Shown here in pieces: positions 1 through 9,020 of a stretch of 32,534 nt of DNA. Under the pieces are notes generated by a model. That model made no database searches, had not been told where the DNA came from, and was given only the letters and a program-made list of their open reading frames with translations. The stretch comes from Rhodosorus marinus CCMP1338 (Eukaryota; Plantae; Rhodophyta): the NCBI GenBank assembly GCA_029953675.1, contig JAMWBK010000016.1, positions 1-32,534 on the forward strand. The letters run 5' to 3'. The translations under genes were made by a program, and so were the position numbers. The stretch's first letter is position 1; the number at the start of each line of letters is the position of its first letter.

Positions 1-2784
1 GCGCGTCACGCGTGGCAGGTGGTGATCTGCGGCGGCGGCGGGCGGCGGGATCCTCCAGCAGCGGCAACCTGTGGTTCCATCTACTCCGATGATCTTTCTT
101 CACCGCTCCATTTGCTCTTTCCCTCGGAAGAGCTCCCCTTGGGACTCCTCGTTTGAATCAGTGTTGGAAGAGTACCGCGCCGCGCCACATCCCAGTGCGC
201 GGTTGGTGGTCAATCTGGAGAGCGGTGCGTATGAGGGTTAGTTCGCGATGCTCCGAAGGGGCAGTTTCCCCCAGGGCCCTCGGGGCTGCGGGTGGGAATA
301 TCTCCGTTTCTTAAGTGATGAAGGTTTGAAGGCGTTGGCGTGGGTGGTCGAAGCGCTCGTGAATGGTGATCCCCTGTGTGAGTGTGCGTTAGTTCTTGGT
401 CAGGCGTTCGCAGATGTGTCTGCTTTCGAAGCCCGGCCACACGACCTCGAGCCCACGCTGTTCGCCCTATTGGCCTGGTTGAGGAGTGGTCCGCAAATTG
501 GCGGCGCGATGGTTAGTGAAAATCCTGGTTCCCGAATCCCGCCGTTTCTTTGGGCACGTGCAGTTGGGCGTGGGCTATCGTGGTGGCTGTGAGTTGTTAT
601 CTGTTTTACTCCGTTCGGAAATGGCGTACTCCCCAGATTCTGGGCTCCTCTCTGTAGATTTTACCAATGCGTTCAACCGCGTCTCTCGTCCGGCTCTCAT
701 GCACGTGGTTGCGCGAAGTCTTTCCACTGTAGGCTTTCCCTTTGTTAGTAGACTTTATTCTCCGCTTGGTCGTGGGGCTACCTATACTTAGACACCGCTT
801 GGCGCTTCCTCACACACGTTTTGCGGCGCGCACCAGGGGCCTACAACAGGGTGATCCTTGTTGTCCCCTTTCCTACATGCCTGTATGGACTACAACTCGT
901 CTTGCGCCCTTTGTCTTCGCTTCGAATTCCCGCAGGTTCTTTTACGGTTGCATACCACGACACGACGTGTGCCTCCTGGGAGCCCCCTGATACTCAGCAC
1001 TCGCTTATGATCATCGTCTCCGCTCCTTGGCTTCGCGGGTTGACCTGGAGGTTAATCATCACAAATCGTTCTACTGGGGAGGTGTAGCTGCACAAGAGCA
1101 GCAGGTACCTGCGTCGTTCCAGGATATTTGGAGACCGGATGGTTTGTCCACTTAGGCATCCTACGGGTCGCCGTCCTTCGTTGAAGGCGAGTTGCTGCAG
1201 CTCCTCGGTAAGCACAGACAGCTGGTTGCAGAGCTTCGACGGCTACCTCGGGCTTTCTCCAGTGCTCGTTGTTGCTGTTTCGGTATTGTTGCAGTCAGCG
1301 GTTAACCTATTGGCTTCGCTCACTTCCAACTCATTGGGGCCGGTGGTTGGCCACTCGTGCGGATGCTGAAAGTTTCCGTGACCTGGGGTATTTTTCTCGA
1401 TGAAGAGCTGAGCGCTCTGCCGCGACCCACCTGTGATGTTGTGCGCGCCCAGGTAGGCCTCCCATTGCGATTGGGGGACTGGGCCTCTGCAATCGTGTTG
1501 TGGTCCAACCTGCAGCTGCAGTAGGGGCCTGGGGCACCGCACTTCCCACTTTCAGCAGCTTGGGTATCTGGAAGTTCCGCAATTTGAGTGGCGAGCCTCT
1601 CGCGGGGTGTCTTGCTTCCCAGCGTACCGGAAAGCGCCCAAGACTTGTTTCTGGAGCTCCAAACCGCCCTGAATTCCTGTACTAGTCTCCCCGAAACCGT
1701 TCAACCCCGTCTTCCTGACTGGCGAGCTGTATTTGACCGCTCTCGAGGCTCCGCCCCGGGGATTCGTCCTGCGCCTGAACCTGTTCTAGGGAGATTGACA
1801 CAGTGGTTGCCGCAGAAGAAGAAGTTCCAGTTGATCCTCCTGATGATTCCCAGCGCGCTGGGAGCCGAGCTCAAGCACGCACGGATGCGCTGCAAAATAT
1901 CCTTTCTTGGGACTTGCACCGTGCTGCATATGGCCGACTCCTCGCGCAGATGGTCTCATCTTCTCGCGCTCGCGCCCGCCTACGTAGTCTTGGAGGGGTT
2001 CTTAGCTCTCAGTGGCTCATGACCGTACCAGCCTTTCCGCCACTCACACTGTCGGATTTCGAAGTGCGTACTTCACTGCGCTTATACCTCGGCTTACATC
2101 AGCCCCCTTGGCCGTACGAGATGGGTTCGTCGTGCCCTCTCTGCTCTCAGACTGAAGACAACGCAGATTTTGGCGCCCACCTGCTCGCTAGTTGCCCGGC
2201 GGTGAAAGGTGCTCGAACCCGCCGCCACACACGGATCTTGAACCTGTTATACCGGGAACTTCGGCCTATAGTCCGGCAAGCCGGTCTGGAAATCGAACGT
2301 GAGAAACCTTTACCCGTCGCGGACTTTCAAAATGATGAACGCCGTGTAGCCGACCTGGTGATCACCTGTGACGACAGCCGCCCTACCACATACGTTGATC
2401 TTGCTGTTCCTAACCCTCAAGCTAGTCGTTATCTCCCGGCTGCGGGGAGCGCCGTGGATCTGCCGCCGCCAGCATGAGACGCCGCAAAGAGATCAAATAC
2501 GCGGGGGCTTTGTCTTCCCCTGGTGTTCGTGCTTCGGCACTAGCACATCGCTTGGTACCCCTGATCATTGAGTGCTTTGGGTTCATGGACTCTGTTGGTT
2601 CTCGCTGGCTTCGGGAGTTGTTCCGCGAACGCCCTGACCGTCTTCAATCGTTGTTTACCCGCTTAAGTTTCCTGCTGTGGCGCATGAATGCCGCTTTGAT
2701 GTTGGAGGCGCGAGTACTTCGCCGCGCTTAGTCTTTTTTTCCCCTCGGGGTTTTTTTTTCAGCCTCCGATTAAACCATTCGTTC
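1..2784 (+). mobile_element. Family A non-LTR retrotransposon copy (RT-CCHC-RLE part of ORF2 plus 3' UTR), cut by window start, many frameshifts
   Basis: Near-identical reverse complement of 14024-16766. ORF pieces give VDFTNAFN, QQGDP, YHD, CPLC..H..C, ADLVI..YVDLAV, LIIECFG. ORF2 stop at 2731, then T7-CCCCTCGGGG-T9 UTR and an ATTC-type tail. Confidence 0.95.
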
Positions 2785-3009
2785 GTACATGTCACTCTAT
2801 GCCTGTGCGGAGGGATGAGATGAGGTCTTTGCAAGAAACCTTGTTGCATGCTGTGTGTTTGTCGTTGATGGGGAGGGAGGACGAGCTAGTTTCGATGTGC
2901 GGAAGAGGATCTTCTGCTAATTGAGGGAGGTTGATTGTAGTCTAGTTTTGGAGGGGGGGGATTTGGGAAGGAGTGTTTCTGAGGCTGTTAGAGGGGGGGC
3001 TTGAGGCTG

Positions 3010-3256
3010 TGGCACGTTGCCCAAGGCTTCATTACCGAAACTACTGACCATCTTGAGCACAAAGCGGACGCGCAAACGCTCGTGCGCGTGGACCTTAATC
3101 GAGAGCTATGGCGTGGTACGGCTCGCTTGGCGATCCATGCCATGCGCAAAGATAATATTGTTCGGACGAGGTTCCCACTAGAAATTAATCTTCTACCCCG
3201 CTCTGGGGTCTCCTTAGCCTAGCCCCTCCTGTTTTCGGTGTTGGCAATAAATGTAC
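3010..3256 (+). mobile_element. Short 3' fragment of another D/F-like element (family G): endonuclease C-terminus and 3' UTR
   Basis: FITETTDHL..VRVDLNRELWRGTARLAIHAMRKD aligns with F (FLKEATIHL..ARAILNRTLWKGNAILATQARRVD) and D1 (LNRRLWAGN). Ends in AATAAATGTAC, resembling the AGTAAAGTGTAC terminus of F. Confidence 0.65.
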
Positions 3257-3448
3257 CCGTTGCCGACAGACGCTCGCAGACAATTGGACTGGATCCACTT
3301 ACTTACGGGAGCTACGAGACGCCTGCACGTCGACGAACCTCGTAATGGAAAATCTATGTTGTTTGCTCACCATCTCCATTGTTAGCTATGGGAAATGAGC
3401 ACGCATCAATTGGAGTCAATTCGTCACACTTTATCAATAGTTCGTTTT

Positions 3449-4075
3449 CTAGTTTGAGCAGTTCAATTCAATTTTACATGCTGTCCCGTCGTATCCCAAG
3501 TTGTCAACGTAAGAGCAACCGTTGTGCCCGTCTTGAGGAATTATATTCACGTCAGACTCGTCTATCACAGCTGCTATGAGTAAATATAAGTGTCCGCCGC
3601 AACATCCTTTCCCGCTCGGTAAAGGGAATACTTGAAATTCGTCCATGCATATATATTGGGTGGCTCCGATGGGAGACCATGTGTACAATGGGGGGCTAAC
3701 CTCGTCTCCATGAGACTGAATGACACCACCCTGTGTACCCGTAACTTTCGATCCTTTGACTAATCCCGTGTAGGTAATCATAAAGCATTTCTGTCCCTGA
3801 TGTGATACCACCTCGACACACGCTTGGGCAAGTTCCTGATATTCTCCAAAAACGCTCATCTTATAACAGACTTGGGATTGTCCCGCAAGTGTTACATTCT
3901 GGTAGTTCTTAGTAAACTCTGAACATACCGCCAAGCCTGGAGTCGGAGTCGGAGTCGGAGTCGGAGTCGGAGTCGATATCGAGCTCTGAGTCAGAGGTCG
4001 AGGTGGAGTATGCACCCCCTGCACTACGTTGATGCATAGCAACGTAGCAACCACAAACACAACCACAACTCTCAT
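3449..4075 (-). CDS. Putative secreted Cys-rich protein, 208 aa, signal peptide plus Pro/Thr linker
   Basis: ATG, hydrophobic N-terminus (MRVVVVFVVATLLCINVVQG), (TP)n linker encoded by (GGAGTC)x6 at 3939-3974, about 10 Cys, single uninterrupted ORF. Confidence 0.8.
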   Translation of the reverse strand: MRVVVVFVVATLLCINVVQGVHTPPRPLTQSSISTPTPTPTPTPTPGLAVCSEFTKNYQNVTLAGQSQVCYKMSVFGEYQELAQACVEVVSHQGQKCFMITYTGLVKGSKVTGTQGGVIQSHGDEVSPPLYTWSPIGATQYICMDEFQVFPLPSGKGCCGGHLYLLIAAVIDESDVNIIPQDGHNGCSYVDNLGYDGTACKIELNCSN

Positions 4076-4873
4076 TTTACAGCTTACCGTAGTTTACCTG
4101 TTGTAACTTTTCCTTGTCACTTTCCGCACAAGAATCCAATCACCAACCGCTGGGTACGAGCTGTGTAGTTGCTGAAGTACGCTACTTTACGTTTCTTGAT
4201 CTGCAAATGACTTCTCTCAAACGCTATGCCATCGTCTGTTCATCTTCGGAGGTCAACACGCTGCTCATTCTCTTTATATACTACTAAAATCTGATCACGC
4301 TCTCCGTCGTGGAACTGCTCTAAAGCATACTAAAGTATCAAGGCCTGACGGCTGGCCTGACAGCCAGCTGCTGGTCCTTGAGTTTCCTTGCTACTAGCTA
4401 CTACGACTGTTGCTCAATAAATCCACTAAACTACTACTAAATACGCATAAAGCAGCGAACGATATTCATATCCACGGAAACTACAAAAAGTTTGGAATCG
4501 TTTGGAAGCCGTTGAATGCGCATGTCCGAGAGCCCTAAATGATGGACGGGATAAAAGGTAGAACAGTCTCGATCAAGACCGGGTCAATATGAGCTTTGAG
4601 CTTCCAAACGCAATCGTTGAGCTATGGAGCCAGAAGTTGGGCATAGATTGGGAAGATAGGGGGCAGAAGCGAGAGAGTGAAGTAAAAAGATTGTATTAAA
4701 GATTAAACCAGCTTGTCCTGAGAATTATCTTACACCCATCACGGTTTTCACGTCAGCTCACCCGGAGGCCTCCACGGGTCAGCTGGGCACGGTGGCTCTC
4801 GCACTTTAGTTCCTCTGGTCATCGAAACTTTTAGCTTAACGGAGCCTGAAGGCGGGGTGGACTCCACGCTTCC

Positions 4874-5515
4874 GCCTATTAATAGAAGCAAAAAGCTGTT
4901 TAACGGAAGACTTGGCATGCGGGGGGGAATGGACTTCGGGAGCTGAGTGCGAGCACAGACCGGTGGGCTTACACAAGCGAAACGAAGATACGAGCAAGCA
5001 TGAGATGATGATGATTTGTCAGTCTCGGGTTCCGAATAAAGGCTACCGGTTACGTTAGTCTTGGCGATATTCTAGCAGCATGCTTGCCGAGGCGCGCCAT
5101 CGGCGCCTGGATTTGTCTCCCTAGTTCTTCGCGCCTGGGTTTGCACGTTTCCCTCCCTAGTTCTTACTTCTCTTTCACGCCTTGCGTAGCGCTGCCTATT
5201 AATAGAAGAAAAAAAACTAGCAACGGAAGACTGGGTTGCGGGGGGGAATGGACTTCGGGAGCTGAGTGCGAGCACAGAGCGGTTGGGCTTACACACGAAC
5301 GAACGAACACAAGGGCAACGAAGATACGAGCAAGCATGAGATGATGCTGATTTGTTAGTCCGGGGGTTCCGAATGAAGGCTACTCGGTTGCCTTCATTCG
5401 GAACCCCCGGACTTAGTCTTGGCGATATTCTAGCAGCATGCCTGCGGAGGCGCGCCATCGGCGCCTGGTTCTGTCTCCCTAGTTCTTACTTCTCTTTCAC
5501 GCCTTGCGTAGCGCT
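4874..5515. repeat. Diverged tandem duplication of a ~320-bp unit (4874-5193 / 5194-5515)
   Basis: Both units start GCCTATTAATAGAAG, share GGACTTCGGGAGCTGAGTGCGAGCACAGA and end CACGCCTTGCGTAGCGCT. Confidence 0.9.
5048..5061 (+). repeat. Interstitial telomere-repeat patch GGTTACGTTAGTCT
   Basis: 14/14 match to the terminal repeat, directly before a family B 3' fragment. Confidence 0.8.
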
Positions 5516-5570
5516 TCAGGCTATGCTATAGTTAGTCAGTAAAGTCCAGCAAAGCCAGTAAAGCCAGTCT
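5062..5570 (+). mobile_element. Two 5'-truncated family B 3'-end fragments (5062-5193 and 5420-~5570)
   Basis: TGGCGATATTC..GAGGCGCGCCATCGGCGCCTGG..CACGCCTTGCGTAGCGCT matches the 3' end of element B (minus strand of ~8973-9100). The second fragment ends in AGTAAAG-type repeats. Confidence 0.85.
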
Positions 5571-5886
5571 AGGGTAAGCGTTCATAGTTACGGCTTTCCG
5601 AAGGTTGGTTGCGCATGAGCAAATTTCGCCTGTAGATCGGGCCAGAATTCGGTCAGGAGCGGGTTCCAGATCGGGAGTGTGGTTGAATCTCGAACCGAAA
5701 AAACTTTTTGGAGGAACAGCAAATTTATTTGTTTTTACACTACTGCAAATTCCACTCAGGTTTGTTCTATTTTAGTCTCCGGTTAAACTATTCAAACACT
5801 GCAAATTAGTGTGCGACAGCTGTTGGGCCCGCAGACTCCAGGATTAAGAACTACGGAGAAGTGCGGCAGCTGTCGTGTTTCAAATG

Positions 5887-6330
5887 GGACTTTAGTCACT
5901 TTACTGGCTGTACTCACTTTAGTGGACTTCACTTTACTAACATACTAGCGATAGGGACTTTCAGGCAGGCTTGACTGGCTTTACAGGCTTTTTAGCCCGA
6001 AGCGGGTCGCAAGGCGTGAAAAGGGAACTAGCATAGTGTGAAGCGGTGCGCAAGACTTGAAAAGTAACGAAGAACTAGGGAGAGAAACCCAGGCGCCGGT
6101 TGCACGCGGCGGCAAGCATGCTGCTTGTTTTAGAACATCGTTAAGGGCGACACTGAAACGGCGTATGAGCTCCTAGTATTCGATAGGGAACTCAGCGAAA
6201 CACTTCCTCATTCCAAACCCGATTTCCCCACGTGGCCCAAGCTTTCCACAGTGAAAGGCTGGAACCAGTAAGAACGACCAGCAACGAAAGCGAGACTGGC
6301 TATACTCAGTGGTTTTTACCGTTTCCGTGG
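5887..6330 (-). mobile_element. Degenerate B-like 3' fragment (endonuclease C-terminus and tail)
   Basis: Minus strand encodes remnants FQPFTVESLGHVG and RKCFAEFPIEY.ELIRRFSVAL, like B (FQPFIVESFGHV..RKCFAEHPTEYLALLRRLSVSL). Tail of AGTAAAG/CTAAAG repeats. Confidence 0.75.
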
Positions 6331-6337
6331 TTTTTGT

Positions 6338-6357
6338 TGGGGTTACGTTAGTCTGGG
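6338..6357 (+). repeat. Interstitial telomere-repeat patch TGGGGTTACGTTAGTCTGGG
   Basis: 20/20 match; lies between the B-like fragment and the start of element C. Confidence 0.9.
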
Positions 6358-8554
6358 ATACTCTGGGCATAAATCGGAAAATACAGCGGTTTGGAACTAA
6401 ATTCGTAATGATAGAGAAGGAATTACGCGAGCGGTACCCGGAGCCTCTTCTGCTCCCGAGAAACCCGCCCTCGGTTACACGCGCACGCGAGAAAGAGCTG
6501 CTGCAACAGCACCAGCAGAACCACCAGCATACAGGAGCAGAACAGGACGCAGAGATGAATGCAGAAAACAGAGCAGAGGGGAAGGCTGCAGCCTACCCAG
6601 CTGCCGCCTTTATCCACCAGCTGCACAGCTACGACCGGTGCTACCAAGCCCTGGGAATGGGCGAGTCTGACATCGTCGACTTTTACCAGGCAGTCTTCAA
6701 CCTTTATTCGTGCATAAATTGTTCGAACGAACTGCAAGGAGTGACAGCACGTCTTAATGAGCTTGCACAAAAACCGCGTATGTGGCAAGGTGGACCAGCC
6801 ACTACGAGCTCGCCTCAACCCCCGCAGCAGCACCAGCGGACGTGCGGCAGTCAATCAATATGCGCCAGAACCTATCAACAATCAACTTCCGGAGGGGACA
6901 GGTGTCCTAGCTCAGGCCCACTACGCAGAAGTATTCCCTGTCATCGGGACCTGCAGCACACGGGCAACGTACGCTCAGCGCACTGTCTAAAATACTCCAA
7001 CTCGAGAATCAGAGGCTCAAGTCCGAACAGCAGGACGCCCGGGCTCACAGACCCAGCAGGCAGCGCTGCGACAGCTGCACGCCACAGTGGCAGGGTCCTC
7101 CAGGGGACCTGAGATCAAACCAATCCTCGCCACCCTTAGAAACGTACGCCCGCCAAGGCAGGATGATGTGGCACCTTCCGACTTCACCACCGTCCTCTGC
7201 CGCGCGCTGGGAATCCCAGCCTCTCACATCGCGCATGTGGACTTCATCTCATCACACGCAAGCTTGCTCTGCCATCCGGATGCAATCCCCATAGTGCAGA
7301 GCGCTATCGCCCGAGGCTCGGAAAGAGACATCTGTCGTTCTCTACTCTCGCAGCCATCGATGAAACGCTGGAAGAGCGTCTACCGCCGTTACGAGGACTA
7401 CAACATCCACCAGCGGTCGCCGGGGAGAGTGTGGAACCCCTTGAGACTGCAGCAGCTACACACGCAGCCCCAGAAGCCTAGGCTCCTCACGGAGCCGCGC
7501 AGGCAACCCGCGGGACCATTGACGCCTCGGGTAACTCCAGCGCTACGTCTCAACTACCACAGGAGGATGCCGAAGAGGAAAATCCACACGGCAAGTGACT
7601 CTCTACACGGGACAGGCACTGGATACAGACAACCTGTTGGGATATAATGAACGTCAGCACATTGCCCCAGCGAACATCGGGGCCTAGACCCTGAAAAGGG
7701 CCATTGAGCAGACTATCCGGATCCGCGCGAGGCTTCGCAGAAGGCAACTCTCGTTCAACACTCTCGCAAGCGATACACGAGTACCTGGAGAGCAGACTCG
7801 GAGACCTACAAGCCAGACAACGTACTCCAACGGTACAAGGGAAGAGCGGGGAACCCCCAGCGCCTGCAGCCGCCACGAACGCAGACCCTGAAGCCTCGTC
7901 CCTTACAGGGGACGCACAGGCAGCCCGTGGGACAGTCGACGCTCCGGGCAATCTCCTAGCGCTTCCCAAGTACCCGAAGAGGATGCACCCGAGGATAACC
8001 CTCATGCAGAGCTCCTCTGCAACCTGCCCAAGCCTCCTCAACACAAGCGGTCGGGAGTATCCACTGATGGCACAGGCCAGGATATCGAGATGACTCCGGC
8101 AGCCGTAGAGGCTCCACAGGGCAACACTGCACCCCAGGCCGACCACACTGCCACCCATCATGCGATGGACACACAGGACAGCCAGGAAACACCTACGCAA
8201 TAATGCCCAGCCGACAAAGGGGAATCAAACGAAGACGCGACGAGCCTCTGTTCTTCTCGGATCGTCAAGCCTGGGTCAAACGGTGGACCGACTTCGTTGA
8301 CCAAGTTACGACAGGAGGCAGGCATTGGACGCGCCTAACACACTGCCCGGTGCCCACACGGCGCTTTGTACCCCGTGCCCACGTCAATACCTGGAGCCGC
8401 CTTCTTCGTGCAGCTCTTGAGATTTCCATGGACACAGCCGCACCCGCCAACGCTAGCCTACTTCTTGTCGCACTTCCAGGCCTGGTGCTAGGACGTTGTG
8501 CACTTGACATCGGTATTCAGGTCACACATGTGCTCCAAGGAGAATTACATAGGG
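6358..8554 (+). mobile_element. Element C: 5' part of a two-ORF retrotransposon (frameshifted ORF1 ~6408-8203, ORF2 start 8203), 3'-truncated
   Basis: ORF1 piece RNVRP..DFTTVLCRALG..HVDFISSHASLL is homologous to ORF1 of A and B. ORF2 N-terminus (DRQAW..GRHW..W..LL.AL..LPGL.LG.CAL.IG.Q..H.L.GE) aligns with D2 at 20741-21760. Confidence 0.85.
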
Positions 8555-8563
8555 GGGGTTACG
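8555..8563 (+). repeat. Short telomere-repeat seed GGGGTTACG at the junction of element C and a B fragment
   Basis: 9-nt match located exactly where C homology stops and B-RT homology begins. Confidence 0.6.
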
Positions 8564-8802
8564 CACGAATTAGGTCCCTGTCGGGAGCAGCTTGAAGATC
8601 GAGGGGTTCATCCAACAGCGTGCCCCAGTGGTGTAGCGTCATCTCGTCGGCTTTGGCTGCGATCCACGAGCCCCGGTCCGGTGGTAGGCTGCGCAACCAG
8701 TAGTTGAGTCGGGGACCGGCACAAAAGCGGGAAAGCAACTTTACGGGAAAGCAACCAGGCCGATTGCTGCATGCTGTCTGGTAGGCGCTCAATGGCGTCG
8801 GT
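8564..8802 (-). mobile_element. Internal RT-region fragment of a family B relative
   Basis: Diverged direct copy of ~10285-10505; encodes LLSRFCAGPRLNYWLRSLPP..HWGTLLDEPLDL..DRDLIRA. Confidence 0.9.
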
Positions 8803-9020
8803 CCCAGCATCATTTGTTGGACTGGATGAGTTGTGAATGGGGAGCCTGCCTGCTCGTGGCTTGCAATGCGAGACCAGCAGATCTGCGATGCGGCGAGACG
8901 GCGCCGTGCCGGATACTTATCTGGGAAGTCTACCAGTAAATCCACAACGGACACATAGCGATTGGTATTCATGGACTTTACTAGCATAGACTGAAGCGCT
9001 ACGCAAGGCGTGAAGATGAA

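Noticed and set aside
4754-4785. Hairpin CAGCTCACCCG..CGGGTCAGCTG as a ribozyme or ncRNA (HDV-like ribozymes occur at 5' ends of some non-LTR elements)
   Set aside because: Only a ~10-bp stem; I could not identify the pseudoknot or catalytic core, and it is not at an element 5' end.
7550-8200. Long antisense or alternative-frame ORFs (e.g. 7550-8200, 6423-6854, 28144-28767, 19297-19857, 20757-21233)
   Set aside because: Shadows of real coding sequence on the other strand or frame; no independent motifs.
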